Shown piece after piece: positions 19,082 through 27,221 of a DNA stretch of 64,000 nucleotides; position 1 is the stretch's first letter; every line of letters starts with the position of its first letter. The notes beneath the pieces were generated by a model. The model was not told where the DNA came from, made no database searches, and saw only the letters and a program-made list of their open reading frames with translations. The position numbers and the translations under genes are program-made. Source of the stretch: an uncultured bacterium (GTDB taxonomy: Bacteria > Krumholzibacteriota > Krumholzibacteriia > LZORAL124-64-63); the NCBI GenBank assembly GCA_963727525.1, contig CAVSGO010000007.1, forward strand, positions 1,888,001 through 1,952,000. The letters are read 5' to 3'.

Positions 19082-19137
19082 GAGCGCATCCGCGGCGCCG
19101 ACATGCCGCGGCTGGTTCCCCGCCCGGCCGTTCCCTA

Positions 19138-20829
19138 TCATTTCAAGAGGACCATCCGGCGCGACTGCACCTCGCCGCCGATATCGAGGCGAGCGATGTA
19201 GGTGCCCGAGGCGACGTGCCGGCCCGCGTCGGTGTCGCCGGGCCAGGTGAGCTCGTGGCGACCGGCGCTGCGAGTCTCGTTCGCGACCAGCGTCCGGACG
19301 ACGCGTCCGGCCAGATCATGGATCCGCAGGCTCACCGTCGCCAACCGCGGCAGGTCGTAGGCGATGGTCGTGGCCGGATTGAAGGGGTTTGGGTAGTTCG
19401 GCCACAGCACGGCCTGCGCCGATTGCGGCGAGATCGCGGGCACGCCGGTCGCGCTGGGTATCGTGACCTTGGCGACGTAGACGTCGGCCGGTACACCGAT
19501 CGCGCCGGTGAAATATACCTCGGTCGGGCTGGCCGCGAACACGCCGTGGCCCGAGTTGTACGAGCCCGAGTGCGTGAACACCGTGAAGTTCAGATCGTGG
19601 CCCACCGGCGAGAGCCGCGACAGGAAAATCGCGCCGGCCACCGGGTCGAGACCCGGGAAATCGCTGGAAACCGTGTACCCGACGACGTAGGCGGATCCGT
19701 TCTGGTCGACAGCGATGGCCCGGGCCTGATCGATGCTGGTACCGCCCAGGAAGGTACTGTAGACGAGCGTGCCGGCCGCAGGGTCCAGACGCGAGACGAA
19801 ACCGTCATCGCAGTTGACCGGGTGGCCGGGGAAGCCCTCCACACAGGCGTTGATGCCGCCGACGAAATCCGGTTGGAAGGCATCTGGCGTGGTGGGGAAA
19901 TCGATCGCCCGGGTCGAGCCCGCGACATAGATATCGCCGTCCGGCCCGGCCGCGACGCCCCACAGGTCGTCGCTGTTGCCACCGCCGAAGTAGGTGCTGA
20001 ACGCCAGGGTCTGGCCGTCGGCCGACATCTCGGACACGAAGAGGCCGTCGGCGCTCGTATGGACCGCATTCACCAGCGGGAAGTCGTCCGAGGTGGTGCG
20101 ACCCGCGAAGACGATGGCGCCGTCGGCCGTGAGCGCCACGCCGACCGGATACTCGTCCTTGAAACCGCCGAAGTAGGTGGAGTAGAGGACGGTCTCAGCC
20201 TCCGCGTCGAGCCGCATGATGAAGACGTCGGTGTAGATGTATAGCGGCGCGCTCGGTTCGCCCTGGTAGGCGTCGGGCGTGGTCGGGAAATCCGTCGACC
20301 CGGTCTGGCCGACCAGGATGATTTCGCCGGCCGCATCGAGCGCAATGCCGACGGCGGTGTCGGTGTAGTCGCCGCCGATCTTCTTGCTCCACAGCGTCGT
20401 GCCGTCCGCGGTGGCGATTTTCATGACGAAGGCGTCGCGGAAGTGGATGCCGCCGATGGGGGCGCCGGTGGTGGGGAAGTCGTCCGAGTCGGTCCAACCG
20501 GCGATCAGCAGACCACCCTGCCCATCCAGAACCAGGTCCTCCGCATAGTCGTGATCGTTCCCCGCGATCGTCCGGGTCCAGATCTCCTGGCCCGTGGGGT
20601 CGAGCTTGACGACGATGATGTTGTTTTCCTGATGGCTACCGATCCAGCGGCCGAATACGTAAGCGTTGCCGGCGTTGTCGGCGACCATGCCGCGTCCGGA
20701 AGCCAGGAGATGGCCGGGGACGACGGTCTCGTAGGCGAAGGTGGGAGCCTCGGCCCGTGCGGCCGACGCCGCCAGGATGAGGGCCAGGAAAGACATGGCG
20801 AATACGGGTCGCAAAGCGCGTATCATCAT
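19138..20829 (-). CDS. Secreted SBBP-repeat beta-propeller protein with C-terminal FlgD-Ig domain
   Basis: Signal peptide; repeated 'G.T.S.DFP' and 'YSTYFGG' blades; 'NYPNPFNP...ASGTY...MVLLK'. Confidence 0.82.
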   Translation of the reverse strand: MMIRALRPVFAMSFLALILAASAARAEAPTFAYETVVPGHLLASGRGMVADNAGNAYVFGRWIGSHQENNIIVVKLDPTGQEIWTRTIAGNDHDYAEDLVLDGQGGLLIAGWTDSDDFPTTGAPIGGIHFRDAFVMKIATADGTTLWSKKIGGDYTDTAVGIALDAAGEIILVGQTGSTDFPTTPDAYQGEPSAPLYIYTDVFIMRLDAEAETVLYSTYFGGFKDEYPVGVALTADGAIVFAGRTTSDDFPLVNAVHTSADGLFVSEMSADGQTLAFSTYFGGGNSDDLWGVAAGPDGDIYVAGSTRAIDFPTTPDAFQPDFVGGINACVEGFPGHPVNCDDGFVSRLDPAAGTLVYSTFLGGTSIDQARAIAVDQNGSAYVVGYTVSSDFPGLDPVAGAIFLSRLSPVGHDLNFTVFTHSGSYNSGHGVFAASPTEVYFTGAIGVPADVYVAKVTIPSATGVPAISPQSAQAVLWPNYPNPFNPATTIAYDLPRLATVSLRIHDLAGRVVRTLVANETRSAGRHELTWPGDTDAGRHVASGTYIARLDIGGEVQSRRMVLLK

Positions 20830-21105
20830 GGATCTCCTTCTGGACAGCAGCGGCACCATCCTCTCTGAATCATTATTTTCACGATGGCAACGTGGCGACG
20901 AAACACCGCCCCACCCCCGTTTCGGACCACGTGCTCTTGTGATACGAATGCGACGAGGCTGGCGTGACAGATTGCGTCACCCACGGAACGCGGCTCGGCT
21001 CCCACACGCCTGGTGCCGGCACCACCGCTCCTGACGATGCCACCTCAGCATCAAGACCTGTGCGGTGGTGCAGCGCCTCGAAAACGAGCTGAGGGGCGCC
21101 GGAAC

Positions 21106-22608
21106 CTAACGCAGTTTCACCACCTTGGCGACGGCCCCCGGCCCCGTGACGCCTCGCCACTGCGCGAGGTAGGTGCCAGATGCCACCGTGGCGCCAAAGC
21201 GATCGCGCCCGTCCCATACCAGCGACTGCGCACCGATCGACGGTGCGAACTGCCGGACGAGGCGGCCGGCCACGTCGAAGATAGCGACGGTCTCGCCGCG
21301 CGCGAAGGGCCGCGAGGCACGCAGCCGGGTCGTCGACGAGGTGAGGTTCGGCATCGCGACGAGCGTGGGGGCGCCGAGCGCCCGGTCGTCGGGTGCGAGC
21401 ACGCCCGTGAGCGTGCCACTGTCCTGCCAGTCGGCGAACCACGTGATGTCCAGGAGCGGTTCCTCGGCGAGGAACGGGGCATTCGCCTCCAGCCGGAAAC
21501 TGATTTCGAGCCGGTTCTGCGGGAGTCCGCCAGCGTCGGACACCTGTACCTGCACATCCGTGAACGCGTAGTCCTGCACGGGATCGGCTGCGATGGCGAA
21601 CCGCATGAGCGACGTGCCGCGCGCCAGGCCGCTGTTGTCGGTGAGCGTGACGCCGGTCGCCACGGTGACGTCGGTGGGGCCGTGGATCGGATCGGGCGGA
21701 TAGGTGATGGACGGCGTCCAGCCGTCGCCGGGCATGAGGTCCATCGTGAGGCGGAAGTTGACGTTCCCCGGTTCGACGAAATCGAGCCAGGCGAGGTTCG
21801 AACGCACCAGGGCGCCACCGTGGAACTCCTCGCGCACGAGGTTCGCCGAAGCCTCGGGCACGTAGCCACCGTTGTCCACGTCCTCGAACACAAGGCCAAC
21901 GTGGTAGAGCGCCAAATCAGAGGGATCGAAGGTTGTCCAAGTCAACGGTGGCGATGGAATGGGCGGCACCATGGTGGCCACGAACTCGCGCGTGATGTCG
22001 GCAATGATCGCGTCCGAGCGTAGCAATCGGATGTCGGTGACCTCGAAGGTTGCGTCGTCTCCATTGGAAACGAGGCGCACACCCAGAAGGGTAGCCGCGG
22101 TTGGATCGACGGTGTCCGCGCAGAAGTCGAGAGGCCAGGACACGACGCCAGGACCGGCATCCGGGAATCGTTCGTTGGCGCAGACGGTGTTGTCGTCGCC
22201 GATGTAGAACGAAAAGAACGCGTCCGGCGACACATTCCGGTAGGCCACCTCGACGCGATCGTACAGACCGTTCTCGGTGACGTCGAACGGGAGGCCCCAG
22301 TCGAAGCCGATATTTACGTATCCACCGCCGACGAAGGTCGCCTCCAGGGCGTCATCGGCACCACTCAGCGCAAGTTGCACGGCGATGTTATCGGACCCGG
22401 TAGCCGGCTGCAGCTTGATCCTCCTGGTCATGTCATACATATGGCCTGCGTAATCGGCGACCGTCACGGTGTGCTGCTGATAACCGCCGGTGGTCTGGAA
22501 AAAGAACGGGCCGACCTCGAAGTCGTCGACGGGCTTCAGTGCGGCGGCGGGCGAGGCGAGAATCAGGATCGCGAGCATGGACAGACATGGCGTCATGAAT
22601 CGATGCAT
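21106..22608 (-). CDS. Secreted hypothetical beta-rich protein with C-terminal FlgD-Ig domain
   Basis: GGAGG RBS, signal peptide, C-terminal 'IFDVAGRLVR...WDGRD...VASGTY'. Confidence 0.72.
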   Translation of the reverse strand: MHRFMTPCLSMLAILILASPAAALKPVDDFEVGPFFFQTTGGYQQHTVTVADYAGHMYDMTRRIKLQPATGSDNIAVQLALSGADDALEATFVGGGYVNIGFDWGLPFDVTENGLYDRVEVAYRNVSPDAFFSFYIGDDNTVCANERFPDAGPGVVSWPLDFCADTVDPTAATLLGVRLVSNGDDATFEVTDIRLLRSDAIIADITREFVATMVPPIPSPPLTWTTFDPSDLALYHVGLVFEDVDNGGYVPEASANLVREEFHGGALVRSNLAWLDFVEPGNVNFRLTMDLMPGDGWTPSITYPPDPIHGPTDVTVATGVTLTDNSGLARGTSLMRFAIAADPVQDYAFTDVQVQVSDAGGLPQNRLEISFRLEANAPFLAEEPLLDITWFADWQDSGTLTGVLAPDDRALGAPTLVAMPNLTSSTTRLRASRPFARGETVAIFDVAGRLVRQFAPSIGAQSLVWDGRDRFGATVASGTYLAQWRGVTGPGAVAKVVKLR

Positions 22609-22723
22609 GAGGCACCTCCTCTGGATAGGGGAGATTTTATCTCTATTTTCGACGAAGGCCGACCAAAATCTTCCGGCTCGCGAGGCCGGCGGCAAGAGGG
22701 TGAGTCTCCGCACGAAAACGGTT

Positions 22724-23946
22724 GTGCCAAGAAGAATGTTGACGAGGCTTCGCACCGAGATCTCGCCCGCTAGGCCCGACTTTCTCACTACGCGGCGTAC
22801 GTCAGCTTGTGCCTCCGGTTCACCTTCAATGGCCGCGTCTCGACCCGTCGCCAGTAGTAGTCATCCCACAACGGCGGCAACTCGATATGCGACACGAACA
22901 GCCGCCGCGACAACACCTCCTCCTCGGTCAGGGGCTTCGTGGCGATCCCGATCTGCATCGCCGGCGTGCTCCAGCACCGCTTCTCCCGACGCAACTTGAT
23001 CGTGTTGCGCCACACCAGGAAGATCGCCAGCCGGTAGATCGAATGCTGCCGTCGCTTCCCGAACGCGATCGTCTCCCGCGTGTGGTCTTTCAGACAATGC
23101 CGCAGCAACATGTCCAGCAAGTTGACCTCGAACAACGGGTTGCGACTCGTCCGCGGCTCACGGGAGTCGATCGTCTCGTGGATCACCTTGCAATACCGTA
23201 GCTTCGCGATCGCGTAGGGATAGGTCTTGTGCTTGTCGCTCCAGATGTGGGCCTCGGTGGCGCCGTCGAGCGAGACCGAGAGCACCTCGAGCAGCGCCCG
23301 CATCAACGACCTGGGGTCCGGCCGGCCATAGTTTTGTTCAAAGAGGGACCGTTTCCATTTCTGCTCGTCGGTCATCGCCCCGCTGCGTCGCCGCTCGGCC
23401 TCGGCGAAGTGGATGATGAAGCTGGAGGGGCGATCGACGGCCGTGACGATCTCGTAGGGGAAGTACTGGGAGTGCTCGAAGGTGACGAGCCCGTCGATGG
23501 CAATGTCCACGAAGGGTGACGCCTGGGACACCAGGTGTCGATGGAAGAGAATGCAGTGTCGGCCGAGGCGAGCGAGGAGGTTGTCGACGGTCGTCGGCGA
23601 GGTGTCGAGGAGCCTGGCGATCTGGCGGTTGGCGGCGCCAGAGACGGCGTGCTTGTGGACCTTGGGCAGGAGATCGGCGCGTTTGAGCCAGTATGTGGTG
23701 CGGAAGGTCTGGTCTGAGCAGGTTCTGCCGCAGGCCAGGCAGAGGTAGCGTTGGACGGTGTAGGGTGGGGATTTTCGGGAGAAGGTGCCGAAGAGCGCGA
23801 AGGGCCAGGGTTGCGGCTGAGGCTTGTGGTATTTGCAGTTAGGGTTGGAGCAGTGGGGAGGAAGCGAGGGGCATGAAGTGAGTGTTTTGGTGTTCATGAG
23901 GACGGGTCCAGGCAAGCGCTGGACCCGTCAACATTCTTCGTGGCAC
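22724..23946 (-). mobile_element. Insertion sequence, IS1-like, 1223 bp, with 21-bp terminal inverted repeats and probable 3-bp target duplication (GTT)
   Basis: GTGCCAAGAAGAATGTTGACG (22724-22744) vs reverse complement of 23926-23946 GTGCCACGAAGAATGTTGACG (20/21 identical); GTT at 22721-22723 and 23947-23949; single transposase inside. Confidence 0.85.
22788..23897 (-). CDS. Transposase, IS1/IS1595-like (Zn ribbon, HTH, DDE-type core)
   Basis: 'CSNPNC...RYLCLACGRT' Zn ribbon, 'RQIARLLDTSPTTV' HTH, 'AIDG', 'WSDKH', C-terminal 'TPAMQIG'. Confidence 0.82.
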   Translation of the reverse strand: MNTKTLTSCPSLPPHCSNPNCKYHKPQPQPWPFALFGTFSRKSPPYTVQRYLCLACGRTCSDQTFRTTYWLKRADLLPKVHKHAVSGAANRQIARLLDTSPTTVDNLLARLGRHCILFHRHLVSQASPFVDIAIDGLVTFEHSQYFPYEIVTAVDRPSSFIIHFAEAERRRSGAMTDEQKWKRSLFEQNYGRPDPRSLMRALLEVLSVSLDGATEAHIWSDKHKTYPYAIAKLRYCKVIHETIDSREPRTSRNPLFEVNLLDMLLRHCLKDHTRETIAFGKRRQHSIYRLAIFLVWRNTIKLRREKRCWSTPAMQIGIATKPLTEEEVLSRRLFVSHIELPPLWDDYYWRRVETRPLKVNRRHKLTYAA

Positions 23947-23954
23947 GTTATAGG

Positions 23955-23986
23955 AAAACGAGGCCCCGGCAATTGCCGGGGCCTCG
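23955..23986 (-). terminator. Rho-independent terminator of the C1 peptidase gene
   Basis: Perfect palindrome CGAGGCCCCGGCAATTGCCGGGGCCTCG (23959-23986) followed by TTTT on the minus strand. Confidence 0.75.
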
Positions 23987-24010
23987 ATCACGTCCACTCC
24001 TGGAGTACCG

Positions 24011-27000
24011 CTACTTCGCCAGCACCGCCTTCGCCGCGGCCACGTGCTGGCCATCGTCGAGGCGTACGAGGTAGATGCCTGCGGCGGCGGCGCGGCCGCC
24101 GGCGTCAGTGCCGTCCCACACGGCCTGGTGCGAACCCGCGGCCATGTCGCCGTCGAGAAGGTCGCGCACGAGGTGGCCGCGCAGGTCGTAGATGCGCAAC
24201 GACACGTGGCCGGCGCGCGGCACGTCGAAAGCGACGGTCGTGCGGGGGTTGAAGGGGTTGGGCACCACGCCGTTGATGGCCAGGGCGCGGGGCAGGGCGT
24301 CATCGGGCACGGGCACCGAGCTGCCGTCGGTGACCAGGCGGGCGCTGTAACCACCCACGTGGCCCGCCGCATCCTCGGCGACCACCAGGTAGTAGCAGCC
24401 GGCGAAGGCGGGCGTGTCGACCACCTCATGGTCGGGCGCCGTCACCATGGCCGCCACGTGGTTGGCGCCCGGCACGAAGACGGACGCGGTGTCGCAGTAC
24501 ACGACGTAGCGCGACACATCCGTGGCCGGTGAGGCATCCCAGCTCACGCGCCAGGAGCCGGCGCCGAGGTCGGTGAGGTGCGCACCAGTGATCGGCGGCG
24601 GAGCCACCGTCGCCGCGGCCGGGCCGCCAAAGACGCCGCGATCGGCCGGCGAGCCGTCGGTGTCGTTGCACGCCGGGTCGGGATCACCACTATCCACGGC
24701 GGGCGAGTGCAGTCCGAGGGCGTAGTCGCCGCCGGCAGCGTCGGCGAAGCGCGGATCGGCCACCATGTCGTGTGCGCCCATGGCGGACAGGAAATCGAGT
24801 GGGGAGTTCTGCCAGGCGAGGTTGTAGTCGCTCGTGGCGGACGCACCGGTGATCATGAGGCCGCCGCCGGAGTTGGCGGTAACGATGTTGTTGCGCGCGA
24901 CGAATGCGCCCGACGTGAACACCATGGCGCCACCCACGTTCTGCGTCGCGGCGTTCTCCATGATCACGCAGTTCTCCAGGGCACCGCCCGTGGTGCCGGT
25001 GGACATGATGCCGCCGCCGAGGCCGGTCGTGCTGTTGCCGGCGATGAGCAGATTACGCAGAGTGAAGGCGCCGTCCTCGACGAAGAGCCCTCCCCCATGC
25101 CCACCAAAGCTGATGTTCTGTGCCCAGCGGCCACCCGTCGCCGCGAGGTCGCCGGCGCTCTCGTGCACCGCACCACCGCCGAGGCGGGAGCGATTGGCCA
25201 CGAGGTCGCAATCTTCGAGAACGAACTGAGCCCCGTCGGCCACGTCGATGGCGCCCCCCATGCCCGCACCGTTGCCCTGGAGCGCGCAACCGCGCAGTGT
25301 CGCGGTACCGCCGCCGATATAGACAGCGCCGCCAAGGTACGTGCCGGTGCTGTCGGACGTGGCGTTGCCAGTGAAGGTGCAATCCTCGATCACGGCGCCC
25401 GCGGACTGAGACACGGCGAGCGCCCCGCCCAGCGAACCGATATTGCCAGTGAAGGTGCAGTTCGAGACCACCGGCGCGCCGCCGTGCAGCAGCACGGCGC
25501 CACCCCAGCCCGGTTCGGTCGTGGGATTGGCCCGGTTGTTCACGAAGGTACAGTCGGTGATGCGCGGCGACGCGTTCAGGGCGACGATGGCAGCGCCGTG
25601 GCGCCCGATCACCGGCACCGAGGTGTTGGAGGCGGTGCAGTCGTGGAAGATGATGTCACTCACGCCACAGTGCTCTTGCGCGTCGGAGCTGAAGCGCAAG
25701 GCGCCGCTCACGCTGCGCAGATTGGTCGGCGTGGCGGCCGGATCGTGTACCGTGAAATTGGCGTTCCAGCCACCCTCGAGGAGGCACTGGGAATTCACGG
25801 CGACGCTCTCGAAGTAGTCGCCACCCGCGATCTTCACGGTGTCGCGGCCCGCGCCCGCGAGCACGCCGTCGGCGATGGCGTGGGCGGCTTTCGCCGGCGT
25901 GTCGTACGGGAACGTGTTACTGCCGGACGCGGATACGTAACGCGTCTGGTGTCCGACCACAGTCATTCCCGACGAGAGCAGTGCGTAGCCCTGCTGCGTG
26001 CCCTCGCTCGGGAACACCAGGAAGGTGGCACGCGAGGTCGAGACGTTGGGAAGCGTCCAGGTATAGGTACCCTGCGACGCGGGCACATTCTCCGCCACGA
26101 GCGTGTCGCCGCACCACCCGTCGGCGCCGAACCAGATGTCGACGGAGTTCACGGGATCGCCGAAGACCGACCAGCCGACCGTCACCGGCGTACCGCCATA
26201 CTGAAGTTCTGCCGGATTCGGCGACGTCATGCGCACATCCGTGGGCGGTGGCGTGTACTGCAGCGCGGTGACGCTGGTGCCGATGCTCAGGGCTCCGTAC
26301 CTCACGTAACCGAAGCCGGAGTCACCCCAGCCCGGTCCCCACGAGTTCTTGATGATCCACGCGCCCTGGTAGTCGCAAGCGCGGTCGTCCCAGCCGACGA
26401 TGAGCACGAGATGGTTGGTGCCGTGCCCCACGCCGTCGATGCAACCGCCGCCGCTGTATCCCTCGAATTCTCCGCTCGCGTCGATGCCCGTGCACACGGG
26501 CCCTTCCAGCACGGCTTCCTTGATCTGCGCGACGTCGTTCGCCACGCTGTACCAGCTGTCGAGCGTGGTGAATTTGTGGTAGGCGTCGGCCGTGCAGGGT
26601 ACGAAGTCACTGCCCTCGTACGGCATGCAGTCCTCGGTGACACCACCCTGGTGCTGGAACACCCAGTAGGCGGAACCGGCCCAGCCGCCGCCGCAGCCGG
26701 CCCCGTAGGGATTGCAGGAGATGACCTGCTGCTCGGACAGGTTCATGATCCGGTTGTTGTAGTAGATCCGGATCTTCGCTTCCATCTCACCGGTTGCCGC
26801 GAAGGCCCAGCAGGAGCCACAGCTCCCTTGGTCCTTGGCGGGCGTAACGCCGTCGAGCAGGCGCCAGTCGAACACCACCGGCAGATCCACCTTGTCGACC
26901 GGGAAGATACGCAGGTGCTCGCGCTGGATCCTGTCCCAGTCGGGCGGCGGCACGTAGCCGCGGCCGTGGGTCTCGGCCTGCGCCGCCACGGGCGCCAGCA

Positions 27001-27046
27001 GCGCCAGCAGCACGCCGGTCAGCAGAGCGGTCCGGAAGGATGTCAT
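24011..27046 (-). CDS. Secreted papain-like C1 peptidase with parallel beta-helix repeats and FlgD-Ig domain
   Basis: 'DQGSCGSCWAF', 'NHLVLIVGW', 'KNSWG'; GGA(I/V/L) and FxxN repeats; 'PNPFNP...WDG'; alternative start 27064. Confidence 0.88.
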   Translation of the reverse strand: MTSFRTALLTGVLLALLAPVAAQAETHGRGYVPPPDWDRIQREHLRIFPVDKVDLPVVFDWRLLDGVTPAKDQGSCGSCWAFAATGEMEAKIRIYYNNRIMNLSEQQVISCNPYGAGCGGGWAGSAYWVFQHQGGVTEDCMPYEGSDFVPCTADAYHKFTTLDSWYSVANDVAQIKEAVLEGPVCTGIDASGEFEGYSGGGCIDGVGHGTNHLVLIVGWDDRACDYQGAWIIKNSWGPGWGDSGFGYVRYGALSIGTSVTALQYTPPPTDVRMTSPNPAELQYGGTPVTVGWSVFGDPVNSVDIWFGADGWCGDTLVAENVPASQGTYTWTLPNVSTSRATFLVFPSEGTQQGYALLSSGMTVVGHQTRYVSASGSNTFPYDTPAKAAHAIADGVLAGAGRDTVKIAGGDYFESVAVNSQCLLEGGWNANFTVHDPAATPTNLRSVSGALRFSSDAQEHCGVSDIIFHDCTASNTSVPVIGRHGAAIVALNASPRITDCTFVNNRANPTTEPGWGGAVLLHGGAPVVSNCTFTGNIGSLGGALAVSQSAGAVIEDCTFTGNATSDSTGTYLGGAVYIGGGTATLRGCALQGNGAGMGGAIDVADGAQFVLEDCDLVANRSRLGGGAVHESAGDLAATGGRWAQNISFGGHGGGLFVEDGAFTLRNLLIAGNSTTGLGGGIMSTGTTGGALENCVIMENAATQNVGGAMVFTSGAFVARNNIVTANSGGGLMITGASATSDYNLAWQNSPLDFLSAMGAHDMVADPRFADAAGGDYALGLHSPAVDSGDPDPACNDTDGSPADRGVFGGPAAATVAPPPITGAHLTDLGAGSWRVSWDASPATDVSRYVVYCDTASVFVPGANHVAAMVTAPDHEVVDTPAFAGCYYLVVAEDAAGHVGGYSARLVTDGSSVPVPDDALPRALAINGVVPNPFNPRTTVAFDVPRAGHVSLRIYDLRGHLVRDLLDGDMAAGSHQAVWDGTDAGGRAAAAGIYLVRLDDGQHVAAAKAVLAK

Positions 27047-27221
27047 GAGCGATCCGCGCATCATCAGCAAACCTGCCTCGCATGGAGAGTCTCGAGGGTC
27101 GGCACGCGCATTGCAGCGGCGGGCAAATCGCCACGCCCACCGCGTCCGCGGTGTCATCTTGCTCACTTCATTATACGTGGGCAAGAGTTCAAGAAAAAGG
27201 ATCAAAGATGATGCCAGCAGG

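Noticed and set aside
19540-20500. Short DNA repeats such as ACCGCCGAAGTAGGTG (two copies)
   Set aside because: They encode SBBP protein repeats (YSTYFGG); not a CRISPR array or a DGR template/variable pair
21099-21112. GTTAGGT/ACCTAAC resembling an integron attC core
   Set aside because: Orientation relative to the gene is wrong, there is no matching partner site, and no integrase or cassette array is present
22700-22730. Outward-facing TTGGCA in the IS end forming a hybrid promoter
   Set aside because: No plausible -10 element at 16-18 bp spacing
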